From assembly GCF_964204645.1 (NCBI RefSeq), contig NC_134029.1:19338950-19402949 (forward strand): 64,000 nt of DNA. Reading direction: 5' to 3'. This document shows positions 1 to 12,700 of the stretch, in pieces; position 1 is the first letter of the stretch; each line of letters opens with the position of its first letter. This DNA is from Tubulanus polymorphus (lineage: Eukaryota > Animalia > Nemertea). The notes under the pieces were generated by a model. The model worked only from the letters and a program-made list of their open reading frames with translations, was not told where the DNA came from and did not search any database. Position numbers and translations under genes: made by a program.

Positions 1-104
1 TCGGGAAACTCTTAGAGCGAAGATGTTCAGGATTTAAAAGCTATATTTGCACTCTAAATCTTAACACGTACAGCGTTCGTAGAAAAGTTATCAGTTTTTG
101 AAAT

Positions 105-410
105 CTTGAAATATGGATTGTCCCCGTTATTCATATGATTGGTAGATTTGGTCTGATTTGTTTTGATTTGGTCTGATTTGTTTAGATTTGGTGTCCGTTA
201 CAAACCCACTACACCTGTCGGCAGCGAGACGGGGGATTTGATTTTGAATTTAGGATACGAAGTACGGATATAGCTGAGTGATCGGCGGTCGAATTCACAG
301 AATTTTTGGTCAAATGGAAGTACATAATTGGGAAATTCGGTTCCAGTTCATTAAAACGATCTTCCAAACAGCTTGAACCGGCTAGCGACTGGTTGGGAAA
401 ACGGGCGCAT
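105..410 (+). repeat. Dispersed repeat family A, copy 1
   Basis: Shares GGTGTCCxTTACAAACCCACxACACCTG, CATAATTGGAAATTCGGTTCC and TGAACCGGCxAGCGAC with 18225-18325 and 28388-28580 (+) and with 27150-27500 and 27915-28255 (-). Contains a short ~20-bp tandem at 143-190. Confidence 0.8.
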
Positions 411-1801
411 CTTTCTATCGGTACGGCGGAATGATTCGAAATAGTTGGTAAAAATCAAAGAATTTTTGTCCTCGAAACTTGACTGAAACGGTGAATTCTT
501 CGTTATTTCATTGCTCACGGAACATGTAACGTTTTCCGTGTCGAGTGGGGTCGGGGTATTCTCGATCCTCTATCATCGGTTTGTCCATTTGTAACCATCT
601 GATGGCAAGAGAATTTCATTTTCTGTTGACCTTCAAACAATGCGAACAGATTCTATACCCAACCAATTTCATTGGAAATAGCGGGCTCAAATCTGCAACC
701 TAATTGACGCAAGCATGAAATATTATCCATATGAGGCAAGGCGAAACATCATCTAAATACACGTCGCCACTATGGAATACTAATATCAGTGTATTCGTCT
801 AATTACTTCGTGATAATGACTCGACTGTACACGAGTCCCTAGTCACATATCACAATGAAGCATCTTCGAATTTCTCTTTTTTTTTTCGTGTTATCCTTGC
901 ACGGAGATACCGCCACGTCGATCGGGCGAATCCGACACGAAAGATATATACATTTCATATATTCCTTCGCGCGTTTATCGTGATATACTTCGGCGGTGTC
1001 TCCGTTCGGATCAAACGGACGCCGCTTAAATAGGGGAGAGATCATCGCAGATCACGCGGCGGTTGATTCAGGGGCTGAACGGCGCGGGCTGACGATCAAA
1101 CCGCGCGCTACCGTCGTCGACGCGAACTGAAACACGACGCGTTCGGGTTTTAATTAATGAAATTTGCGTCGCGGAGACACGCCGGCGTTTTTCGCTATAC
1201 GCTTTACATCCTGCAGTAAGTGGTTGACCATGTACGTCCCGAGGCTTTGCGATGTCTGTAAACATCAGTAATGACCCGGTCTGCGCGAATATTGTTCGGT
1301 AATCTCGCGTGTCTCAGCCGATTAGCGCGCACATCCTGACATCTATTCATCAAACGAACCTCGGCAGATTATTCGATCATTTGATCGTTTTCTGCGCGTT
1401 TTTTGCCTACTTTGCTGCGAATAACCGGCCACTTAGCGCGCCGTATAAATTGTAAGAATCTTGCGCCGTGTCCTTTTATGAAGTCATTTCGAGACCGGAA
1501 CTGCGTGTTAGTGTCAAAACTTATTGTCTGACAAATCACGAGACTCGAGACCTTCGCGCTATATCCATTGGCATAAGATATATTATATATCACTTGAAAT
1601 TTGAAAAATAATTTTTTTTTCTCCGAATTTAGCATAAAGTCCAGGAGGGAAAGAATGGTACTGCGTATCTTGTATTACTTACTACTTTACTTTATTTTCC
1701 GATAAACCCTTCCGATTTACAAGGAAAAAGTTTTAAATGGTACATGTATAATTACAGATGGTCGAAGCATCAACGTTTTGTAGACAGTAACGTTGATCTA
1801 C

Positions 1802-1887
1802 CATCCTCGCTTGCCAGGGTTTGATAGCCTCGCGCCGAACGGCGTGAGCTTCGCCGGGAGGCAATCAAACCCTGGCTTGCGAGGATG
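1802..1887. mobile_element. Miniature hAT-like MITE (86 bp)
   Basis: ~29-bp TIRs CATCCTCGCTTGCCAGGGTTTGATAGCCTC / GAGGCAATCAAACCCTGGCTTGCGAGGATG; degenerate 8-bp flanks TGATCTAC/AGATCTAT; second copy at 45450-45543. Confidence 0.7.
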
Positions 1888-2044
1888 AGATCTATACGCG
1901 CAGATTGCCCGTAGTAACTCAATGTATCAACATGGTAACAAACAATACACACATCTCATTGTGCCTCAATTCTCATCCAGCATTACTATCATCAGTATTC
2001 AAATAATCATCATTTTTGACGCCGTAAAAACCGTTACAATAATG

Positions 2045-2282
2045 TTTTAAGGGGTTCCGTGCGAGTCGATGTGCTCTACGTCATCACTATTAGCGCTTCA
2101 GAATAATAATCAATGAATTTTGTAATCAAACATATATATTTCATTACTCCTCTATTTGATAAATTTCATGTCTTTCTGATAATCAATCTTTGAAAGGATG
2201 ACGTGCACTACGTCATCAATATATCGGGGATAGACTGGTTACCAGTCATTATCGATATATTCAAATTCAAAATAGCTTTATT
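2045..2282 (+). repeat. Dispersed repeat family C, copy 1
   Basis: TTAAGGGGTTC, TTTTGTAATCAAA, GTGCACTACGTCA, GACTGGTT and AATTCAAAAT recur inverted and in order at 31132-31312. Confidence 0.65.
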
Positions 2283-3094
2283 GATCATTGATAGCTATGT
2301 TATTCATATCATCATTTATTATCAATATCGACTGCGATACGTTTTGAAGGCGTCAATAAACTAGTTAATTCAAGTTAATTTTCTTGTTTTACTATTTCAT
2401 ACTAATTCATAGATTCATTGTGTGATATAGCCTAACGGCAGTAATCAGATTCCGTATCTTTTTCAAAAATGTATTCGTAATGCCGTCACATACATGATTA
2501 AATGTCAAATCTATCAATATCCAAAGCACTACGTGGGTGGCCATAGAAAACGAAATCGTGCAATGCATCGGTTAGAACATATATTTGCTAAAGCTTTGAA
2601 TTGTGGCGCCATGACAATTTTTCGTGGCCGCGTTCGCCATTACATCGCCATAATTCATGAGTGACAAGTACAGCGGCTTTAATTAAACATCGTGGCAGCT
2701 TATATCATGTTTATAATTACTGATTAATTCGACTCTGAACCCGGTTTTATTCATCGCTTTAATGCAGGTTTGTTTATATTGTATTTTACAGAGCCAGCAA
2801 AGCCGAGCGCAGGCAAGGTGTGGCTGATCACTGTTGACTTATCGTTCGCGTGTGAATTCTGAAGTCAACATTTCATGCCAGGTTGGGCTTTTAGGGCTGA
2901 TTGATGTCAAACTCAACAAATGGAGACCAGCCATGTGCAGCGCGTGAACGCAATCGTGAAGCAACGCGGGAGGTGGAATACGCGCAGTTAAAAATGACGC
3001 AGTCATCTCTCGTCTGCTAAAGATTGTTTACGTCGTAGAATCGCAGCAGCGTTGCGCGTCGAAGTTGCCGAAGTCGAAAGAGAAATCTTAACGA

Positions 3095-5869
3095 ATGTCA
3101 AAGACAGTATTCATAGCGCTCAAAATGATCAGGGATTGTCGTTTCGCCCTCGTCGTTTTCGTGTTGAATTCGATCTGTTTGAGTCTTTCGCAGAATCCGG
3201 AAGTCCTCTTTCGAATACCGGAAGAGAACGACCCCGGCACGTTCGTCGGCGAGGTGAAATCGTCGCATAAATTGATGGAGAAATTCAACGCGTCGATTCG
3301 GGCTCTGTTACGATACACGATCCTCAACCCGAACGAACCGGGCGTCGATTCGTTTCAGATCGACCCGACGAGTAGCGCGGTGACCACCACCCAGGTACTG
3401 GACAGAGATACCCTCTGCACGAAAGTCTCCACTTGTTGTGACAGGTCTGGTCGGTGCAGCGTCCTGCTCATCATCGGCACGCAGCCTAGAGAATACTTCA
3501 TGGTTCTGAACGCTAAAGTCGAAATCGTCGACATCAACGACAATGCGCCGATTTTCCCGTTGTCGACTGTCAACATAAAGATGTCCGAATCGACGGCGAT
3601 CAATTCGACGGTGCTGCTACCTGCCGCCGACGACATCGATTCCGGCGCCAACCGGATCAAGGAATATAAGATCGAATCGCCGACCCACACTTTCGGTTTG
3701 AGTACATTGAAATACGAAGGCGAGATCACCGATCTAATGCTGGTGAATCTGAGAAGTTTGGACCGGGAATCGATGGCGTATTATCAGGTGAAAGTCCTCG
3801 CTACCGACGGAGGGTTGCCCACTCTTACCGGAACGTGTACGGTGAACATCGAAGTCACCGATGCCAACGATAATTCGCCGAAATTCGCGAAACCCGTCTA
3901 CTCGCTGACGATTCCCGAAAATACGCCGACGAACACGACTATCTTACAGGTACACGCCGTCGACCCGGACCTTGGAGAGAGCGGCAAGGTTAAGTATTCC
4001 ATAAACATTCGCGCTTCGGACGAAATCAAAACGACGTTCTTGATCGAACCGTTTTCCGGCTGGATCAAGTTGATGCGACCGTTGGACTTCGAGGGCACGA
4101 AGATGTACAAGATACCGATCGACGCTCGAGATCTTGGTATGGGAACGTTGCCGACCAGAACGATCGTCACCGTGCACGTCATCGACGTGAACGACAACGG
4201 CCCGAAAATAACGATGAATTCCTTCACGCCGAACGGGCTAGTGGAAGTTTCGGAAGCGGCAGAGGTCGGTACTTTGGTCGCGCATATCATGATCAAAGAC
4301 ATCGATACGGGGAGGAACGGCGAAGTGGACTGTTTCATGGACAATCCGTTTTTCGGACTGAACAGAATGGATAACGGCCGCGGAAGGAGCAAGGAGTTCA
4401 AGATTGTCACGTCCGGTTCTCTGAACCGCGAAACGGCGTCCGAGTACCTCGTGACGGTCATATGCCAAGATCAAGGTAAACCTATGCTGGAAACGAGGAA
4501 AATATTTACTATCACCGTGCTCGACGCCAACGATAATGTACCCGTGTTTTCGAAAGACAAATACTTTGCGGACGTTTACGAGAACAACCCGATGGGATTA
4601 TCGTTGCTGCGTGTTCACGCCGTTGATAGAGACGACGGGCCAGGCGGACAGATACACTATAAAGTGGCGGCAGATGGCCTATCCGTGGTGACCATCAGCA
4701 GCGAGGGGTATGTCTACGCCAGCACCGTATTCGACAGGGAAGAGCAAGACACGATCACTTTCCACATCATCGCCACGGACTCCGGCGAGAATCCGCTCAG
4801 CTCGTCGGCGAAGGTCGTCCTTCGTATCAAAGACAGGAACGACAACACACCCGAATTCTCCCGCTCTTATCACTTCAACATAACGGAGAACGCTAACGTA
4901 CTCACGCGGGTCGGACGAGTCGTCGCCGTCGACAGGGATAAAGGCCCCAACGGCGAAATATCGTATAGCATGGCGGGCAATGAACTCGCGCACATATTCG
5001 ACGTTTCGAAACGAGGGGTAATCACGACCCGGGCGCGGTTAGATCGCGAACACCGCAGCCTGTATCACTTGCACGTCATCGCCAAAGATAACGGAGAAAA
5101 ACAGTTGTCCAGTTCGGTGCCGGTCACCATCAAGGTCATCGACATGAACGATAACGCTCCCGAATTTCACTTTCCAAATCCTTCCAATCACACGGTGTAT
5201 ATTTCGTATCTCGAACAGGTCGGGCATAAGATCACCCAGGTCACCGCCTCGGACATCGACCACGGACGAAATGCGCATTTGCTCTATTTCATCAAGCAAG
5301 GCGACATCCGTGGCCTGTTTCACATAGATAAAGACAGCGGGGTTATCACCGTTTATCGGACACTATCCGAAAATGACGCCCACAGTTACAATTTGAAGGT
5401 CGAGGTCAAAGACCGCGGCATGCCGCAGAACAGTAAAGTGAACACGCTGACTATCGTCGTCGATGGGACCGGAAAGCCTATCACTGCTAGCGGCGTTTAC
5501 ATCGACCAACAGCCGAGCAACAAGAATCTGATCATAGTAATCTGTCTTGCGACCGTGTCCGGTCTGCTGGCGATCGTCTTAATCGTGGCGATTATCTGCA
5601 TACGGCGTAAAGACTACGATAACCATACGCAAAACGTGAAAACAGAAACGCAACGCATCTTCAACAATCGCCGTTTAAGCCCGAACGGCAGCAGCGGTAG
5701 CCCCGGTAGCAAATTGGGCGACAGCGCCAAGCCTCTGCACGGCGTCAAAGAGGTCAGCTTTTCGGTCGACAACGACGACCTGTCCGATCATAACGAGCGA
5801 CCGTTCCTTCCAGTGAAAGCAGATCATCCCGCGTGGAAGTCGACGAAAACTTTCGAGGTAAACGTCTAA
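3095..5869 (+). CDS. Protocadherin, delta1-type (PCDH1/7/9/11-like), large ectodomain+TM exon
   Basis: 924-aa ORF: hydrophobic signal region, 7 cadherin repeats (LDRE/DxNDNxPxF/AxDxD motifs), Cys-containing EC1, TM helix LIIVICLATVSGLLAIVLIVAIIC, short cytoplasmic segment. A phase-0 donor GAG|GTAAAC at 5857/5858 lies just before the stop, so the tail may continue in downstream exons. Upstream acceptor TTTTACAG near 2791 suggests a 5' UTR intron. Confidence 0.96.
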   Translation: MSKTVFIALKMIRDCRFALVVFVLNSICLSLSQNPEVLFRIPEENDPGTFVGEVKSSHKLMEKFNASIRALLRYTILNPNEPGVDSFQIDPTSSAVTTTQVLDRDTLCTKVSTCCDRSGRCSVLLIIGTQPREYFMVLNAKVEIVDINDNAPIFPLSTVNIKMSESTAINSTVLLPAADDIDSGANRIKEYKIESPTHTFGLSTLKYEGEITDLMLVNLRSLDRESMAYYQVKVLATDGGLPTLTGTCTVNIEVTDANDNSPKFAKPVYSLTIPENTPTNTTILQVHAVDPDLGESGKVKYSINIRASDEIKTTFLIEPFSGWIKLMRPLDFEGTKMYKIPIDARDLGMGTLPTRTIVTVHVIDVNDNGPKITMNSFTPNGLVEVSEAAEVGTLVAHIMIKDIDTGRNGEVDCFMDNPFFGLNRMDNGRGRSKEFKIVTSGSLNRETASEYLVTVICQDQGKPMLETRKIFTITVLDANDNVPVFSKDKYFADVYENNPMGLSLLRVHAVDRDDGPGGQIHYKVAADGLSVVTISSEGYVYASTVFDREEQDTITFHIIATDSGENPLSSSAKVVLRIKDRNDNTPEFSRSYHFNITENANVLTRVGRVVAVDRDKGPNGEISYSMAGNELAHIFDVSKRGVITTRARLDREHRSLYHLHVIAKDNGEKQLSSSVPVTIKVIDMNDNAPEFHFPNPSNHTVYISYLEQVGHKITQVTASDIDHGRNAHLLYFIKQGDIRGLFHIDKDSGVITVYRTLSENDAHSYNLKVEVKDRGMPQNSKVNTLTIVVDGTGKPITASGVYIDQQPSNKNLIIVICLATVSGLLAIVLIVAIICIRRKDYDNHTQNVKTETQRIFNNRRLSPNGSSGSPGSKLGDSAKPLHGVKEVSFSVDNDDLSDHNERPFLPVKADHPAWKSTKTFEVNV

Positions 5870-8800
5870 CTTGTATACTGTTTTTTTTTTCAATATTGTT
5901 GATCTTTATCTATCATTGGTCGATATCGTTTTTCCATGAGAATCTTTCGGCTTGAAACGTCTGTGTTGCTCATTGCGATGAATGCTTGGTTTTGAGATCC
6001 TTGTTTGTACGTTTTTTTATATATACAAAATGAAAACTGTTAATATACTAATATAAAAACCTAATCAATATGGGCGTGGGTAATGCGGTAATATGATTAA
6101 CATTCAAAGAATATCCATATTAGAACTTGCCACTCCTTTGCCACCGCGCTAAGAAGCATTATCATGTCGAAAGTCGAAAGTCACTTAAATAGTTTATTAT
6201 CGAAAGGTGGACTAGGTCTACATTGTAAAATCAATTTTACCACTTTAGTTTCGGCCAGACATATTGACTATTAAACGTCAATAATAGCTAGTAATAGTAA
6301 CGAAGCAATAGTAACAGTTTGTTTACACTTACGAATTTTGTACGATATAGCAATATATTGTTTAGTAATACCAAACGAACCGGGGGTAATCGGTATTCTT
6401 TATTCAGATTTTTGAGATAGTGCGATAACATCGGACTCGTAATTAGAAATTATCATTCGAAATCCTCGTCTAATTAAAAGTGAATATTTATAGGGAATCG
6501 TTCGTTGTTTATCACGCTGTAAACCGTTGCACGTTTGGCATCGCATTAAACTGCATTTGATTTCTTTGCACGCCATGTCAACTTTTCAATTTGATTCCGT
6601 ATAGCTCGAATGTCGGAATCCCATAAACTGCGATGGCGCGGCTGCGCGAAAACGTCGGCTATAAAACTTGTTTCTAATCAGTTGCATTCTTCATTTTGAA
6701 ATCGTGTTTTCGTTACTCATGCTTCGCAAATCAAACCGCGCAGCTACTAGAAAAACGCGAGCGAGCGACGGCCGTGTAAGCGCAGCAGCGTGTGCGTCAT
6801 TACTCAGCCGCCGCGGCTTCCGCATCCTCGATTCGGCTCACGTAACTCGACAACAGCCATATTTATTCGCACAAGAAAGATAATCTCGAATGCAAATTTC
6901 GCTTTGAAGCGTTCGCTTAAAATTCGCAAACTGAAGGTGATTACACTAATGCCCGCTTACATCGTCAGCACGTACCCGCTTGTTTCGTGGTATATGCGCA
7001 AGTTTTCGCCGCGAGTCGATTTCCCGAAGACGACAAGAATTGTTTTCGGCTATTTCTCAGATACGTATACAGAAAACGACGATGTACTCGTATCGTGTGA
7101 TAGCATATACCGATATGAGCAATCCGTCTGATTATGGATCGCTAGAAAACATACTTTAAGCATATTAGACCACATATCCTGCTCACAGAAGATTTCCTAT
7201 GTCTCTCTCGGATCAGAATCCTCTTACATAGAAACTTCCTATTTTCTATTTATCGAACCAAGGTCGCGGCACCCTGTTGTATTGAGTATATTCGATGAAA
7301 GCGACGAATATACGTATATATTCATGGTATGACATGTATTTAAAGCGACCATTTTGGGAAATCTATAATTCACATGTTTTATTCTAAAAGGCTGTCAGTT
7401 TAGCATGTCCGCTAATGGAATTATAGTTCCCCGAGCTTAAGACGTCATATTTCTTCATTAAAGGCAAAGATAGCGCGTCGCAGATAACGCCGGGTATCCT
7501 GTTTTGAAAGTTAATCCGTTTTCAGCTTAGTATTTGCTTTGACATTGTCAAATCTTTAATTAAATTCTGCTGGCGAAGCTTAAGCGTATGCTGGAACAGA
7601 AAACCGACCGAGCGTTTAATTTCGTCGAGAATGAATACTATAAGGCGGAGAGTACTTTTAAAGTTATAGATTCCCATTTAAAGTAATGATTCGCTAAAAG
7701 GAATACTTTTTAGGGATTATTTAGAGTCTCGGGGCCTTAGTTTTCGGTCGCTATATTTCTTTCGGAATAAATACAATGAATTCTCAGAAAAAGTACTTTA
7801 CGGGATTAAAGGGGTTGTTAAAGCGGCCATACCTTTCAGCAGTACATTTGTTTTGGCGGATAAAAAATAGAAAATCCATGGCAAGATATTTTAGGAAACT
7901 AAAAGTTTTCACCACTCCACTATTGTCGTTAATTGGCTTTCGAATGAATGGACTTTCGGTTGACTCATCGTTAACGATAAGCGAATGAAAAGGCTGGCTT
8001 TTTCATATTTCACTCGCAAAGTGGTCTTTTCACAAAACGATGTTAGACACAAAACGTCCAACGCCAGCCGAGAACTGAAATTCAACCATGCATAGAGCGA
8101 TGGGTTTATCCTCCTATCGCCGAGTCGTATTTCCTTCGTAACCAATGGCAACTTAAAAGTCAAGCCCATTTCGACACTGATCGAAATAACCTTTGAAATA
8201 TAAACATCTGATGCCATCGTTATTTCAAAATGAATGGTTATCATTGGAACTTTTGTCAGTAGGCGCGGCGTATACGTATTGCGAGGCGCTCAATGTCATA
8301 TCTACGATGGATGGTCGGAAAACTGTGTATTTTGGGACCCTGGGACATCGATATCTCGAAAAAGTCTCGCTCAAATCGAGAATTCTATATCGTAATGTGT
8401 CAAAGTCATACGGTTGGTTCGATTTTAAGTTTTTTGATCAACTACATCAAATATTAAGCACGTCTCGAGTTTCGACTCTTAGCGCAGATAATGTAGCCCC
8501 TAGGCTGCGTTTCACCGAAAAGTTTTAACTCGTGTATAATTGAATCGATTTAATTACTTAATCAATTCATTTTGAGTCGAGAAAAGCGGTTTGAAACCCG
8601 CGGAGCTGAGGTCTGGCCAAATTTAGATTTTCAAAAAAATCAACAACAACTTTTGATTAATCTATGATCGATCGTCGTTATAGTTAATACTCAAGGATGT
8701 ACCTGAGAGTTTGTTCGTTTTTTTTTTCAAACGAATCGCTTGAAAACGCCTTTAATCTCTGATTAATCACTTCGTAATTAGGTTTTATCGGTAAAAATAG

Positions 8801-9200
8801 ATGAAAGATGAAAAAGTTTTTCTCTTTTTTTCGCCAGTTGAAAATCGATCTCGTAAATTAGTGCACGGAACCGTAAACTACCGCGACATCACAGGCTGGC
8901 GTGATTAGATCCAATTTACTACGGCAGTAGCCCCGTTTAATTGGCTTGTAAAAGGATTTGAAAAACGCAGATCAAAATCGCCGATTTTTGTACACACAGT
9001 GCATTGCTCACCGGGATCCGTGCCGTTTTCTTCAATTGAACGCGCAAATGAAGATCCAAACCTAACTCGGGGTTCATTTTGTCGAAATGAAAGCTTTATT
9101 CACAAAAATGTCTAGAAATTGGTCTGAAAATTTTGACTCGGCACTGTATGTATGTGAAAAAACGCACCGAAAAAGCCTAGAAGGCCAAACATTATGTAGC

Positions 9201-9246
9201 TTTATAGTTGGTTGTGATATACATGTATATCACAACCAACTATAAA
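9201..9246. repeat. Perfect 46-bp palindrome
   Basis: TTTATAGTTGGTTGTGATATACA|TGTATATCACAACCAACTATAAA, no loop, no mismatch. Confidence 0.95.
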
Positions 9247-9514
9247 CTGTTTTGAACACCAGTTAATCTTTAGATAACGATTTAATGGTTATATAATGTT
9301 TTTGAAAACAACTTAGGATATCATAGCTCGAAACTAGACTCCGATATCGTCGGAAAATCGTTCCAAAAACGGTACAGTTTCGAAAATTGCGTGAAAATGA
9401 TGCTAAACAGATATCGAGAGCTTTCTTAGTTTAACAAAGTATTTCTGAGAGAAGATGCTGTGATTTTTGAAAACTGTGGTTTGTAAACGAGTGTATACGA
9501 TGTACTCACAATCG

Positions 9515-9740
9515 AATTCAATTCAATTCAAACTTTATTCAGAATAACATGAAAAAAACCATTTTTTGCAACTGATACAGTTTCGGTAAAATCAATTTGT
9601 GTATACATTATAGGAGATTAGCAAGCAATGAAAATGAGGCATAATTAACACTAATTACAGATGAAGAACATAATTGAAAAAAAATGAACATTATTTAGAA
9701 AAATATTAGAACAATGGCAAACCGAGTTTAGTAAATTTGG
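9515..9740 (-). mobile_element. LINE/SINE 3' tail remnant with (TTGAA)n end
   Basis: On the - strand AATAAAG is followed by TTGAA repeats; internal CAAGCAATGAAA...GGCATAA...CTAATTACAGATGAAGAA is shared with 35080-35260; a similar tail occurs near 14790. Confidence 0.5.
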
Positions 9741-12700
9741 CTAGCTGGACGATACTTGAATGTTCGTATCTGAGTCTGACGACTCAACTCGCTGATGGCG
9801 TATATATCATATTTTCAGTTGCCGCTAGAATTAGCCGCATGAATTCAAAATATCATAAGTTATTCGCTTCGTGAGCTGAAATGATTATGCATGGCGTAAT
9901 TTCCTTCGAATTCATGGATGGATAGCATCCATAAATCACCTTAGTCAAACATACCTCCTCGAGCAGTTTGAGTAGTTAGTATTTTGCTTCAATAATTCAA
10001 TGTCAAATAGTCATTGGTTTTTGTTTATCATATTCAGCACCGCCTAACGCTCGGGGATAGAAACGATAAAACTCTGTTTATAGAAAGTGAGTTAATACAA
10101 CCGCGCAAACTATATATATACTACAGTATTCAAGTCTGGGCATCTAGTTTATACTACGCTGATGTATCTATCCTTCAGATCTTCAAATCTTTCAGGCGTT
10201 GGTTAAAATATTAGAAAAATACCCGCTCGGAATTCACAAGAAATTTTAAAACGTTAATTTTCTGTTAGGAATCATTCCATTTTGCTTATAAAAATCGGAC
10301 CAAATAGTATCAATAAGATTTAAGTCTTAGTTCTAAAACCCCGTATCCATCGCTTTTTGTCGGCTGGAGCGGGGATATTACATCAGGAGCGTTTAGCGTC
10401 TGTTCAAAAAATCTTGTATATTTACAAAAAAGTATATTGGCAGCAAAGTTGACAATTACAATGTTGTAAAATGTGATGAAATACAATCCCCACTGTCAAT
10501 TTACGATACATTATTGTTGTGATATTGATATCGTGGAAGTACAACAAAAAATTCGACTTTTACAAGCAAAACTGTAATTAGCACCGACAACACTGTAATC
10601 GTCCAATGGGGCATTCTAAAGTGGATTATACTTTTACTTTTGTTGAAAACGCAGGCATCATTTCGCGCACTCTCCTGCACCAGCCACAGAATCGTTGGCG
10701 TAACCCGAATGTTAGCTCATACGCCTTTGGAGACAATTACTAGTTCGACACGGCGAACAGTGATTAGTCCTGATAAAACTACCCGCAGCCGATGATTCTG
10801 TTTGCTGTTAATAAAGCGAGGCATTCGCTGATTGATTTTCTTGTTTTTTGTCGTGTGGACATGGCGGGGGATGGGTCGTGTATGCCCGAGTGCGAGATGT
10901 CAGAAAATAAAGATGTTTTGTGTAGATAAGTCCTTCGTCCCGGGGAAAGTTATTCAATTATTTCACTTAATTAATTACGCTCGGGGCTCGGAAATTGGTT
11001 TCTTTGTGACGTCGGTCGTTGCGTGTAGGTGAGGTAATTAGATTGGGCCGGGGACCGTTCTGCATCAATATACGTGTATACCTTTAGTAAAATGAAACAA
11101 CGCACAAGAAATACTGACTTATATCTCGATCTAGATAACTATATGAATTTGTTGGAGGACACATCCCTTTGATTGGGAGGATTGTTTCATGATGATGTGA
11201 CAATTCTTTGGTCCTGTATAACCGTGGAAAGGCTTTAAGCAGTCTAGTTTAAAATGTAAATAGTTTACATGGAGGCATTAGATTGAGTAAAAGAAAATCG
11301 TAACAAAATTAAATACCAACATCATCAGCCATTTTGGAAGATGTCTCCGTCTCTGAGGAAGCAATTCAGTGAGGACGTTCATGACCTCTTTTCTTATTAC
11401 TGTAACGCTGATATATTTACGTCCTCCATCAACCAACCCGTCAAAGATGGGTAGCCTAGTATAGTAAGCTGGGGATGGGGTATACGATACAACATAGTAA
11501 AACTTGATCGTAATTATAAACGCTATGAATCGGATTTAGTTCACCATCAGTATTAAATCGGTTAGAGTTACAGTGTTCTGAGGTGTGACTCTTCGCTTGA
11601 AGCGATTACGCGCGCGTATATTCAAAAAGCAACCTGGAATACGTTGAACCCATTAAATCTATCGGCAATTCAATCGTAAAAAATCGAATATTCCGTAAAT
11701 TGACCCTGTCATATGTAATTTTAACCGTATTCTATGAATAAAAGCTCAAAGAAGTGCAGCCAGATGTAGACAGGGGGAGCCGTTTTTAAGGAACGAATAT
11801 TTTGGTACTTTTTCAGAAAAGATTTAGATATTTATGCTATATTCTGTCTTTTTTATATATGAAATGGTTCGATTTGAAGAAAAGATTTTTTTTCCTTTTT
11901 ATGGTGTTAGATTATTTTGCAACAAATCGCTTATACTGAAAAAAAACTCACGGGACTTTTTTTCTATCCATGTACAGGGATGTCCACTGCTTGGTCCCCC
12001 CAGTCTACATGGCGGGCCAAATGAATGCACAAATTTGTAGGCATGCGACCTTCCTAGGTGAGTGCACTGTTCCACTCAGAAAAATTTCGATCAATAAGAT
12101 AAATATGCTGTCGATAGTTTTGGCTGAAATACTACAGAATAACTTATTGGACATTGATTCATATCTCTGCTGCGAAAGGCTACTGAATTTCGTTTGAAAA
12201 AAAAACAATTCAAGTTATACATATCTAGAGTGGTTGGCTTAAGTGTGATATATATTTTTGTTTTTGGAGTGTTCTTAATTTCGTCGTATTTGCAATAATG
12301 GTGGTATTATTTTTGACATGGTAACCCGTGCAGCCTGCTGGGAGGATCATAAACAACACTTGTACATGTAAGTTGACATATTGATTTTTTTCGTGTATAA
12401 AGCTCGTGTGTTGTGGCGGGTGCATGTTCTTTTAGTTTTTATTTGCATGAAATCATATTTATTAATAGCGAAAAACGCTTGTATGAATTATAGATTGTAG
12501 AATTTAATTTTGGAATCGTGAGAGTTTTCGCGTCGAGCGGTGGGTGGATGATGGTTTGATCGTTGATCCAATCGTCGTTGAGGCCAATCGAACGTTTCCA
12601 TCTCGGCATTATCATTTTACTTTTGTCGTGTTTATTGGAGGATCTATTTTCGAACGTGGTCTGCCGCTCGAGCCGTGCTCCCTTCGTTGGTTCGTTGATA

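Noticed and set aside
3355-5323. Several - strand ORFs (up to 187 aa) antisense to the protocadherin
   Set aside because: Shadow ORFs caused by codon bias of the sense exon; no recognisable domain.
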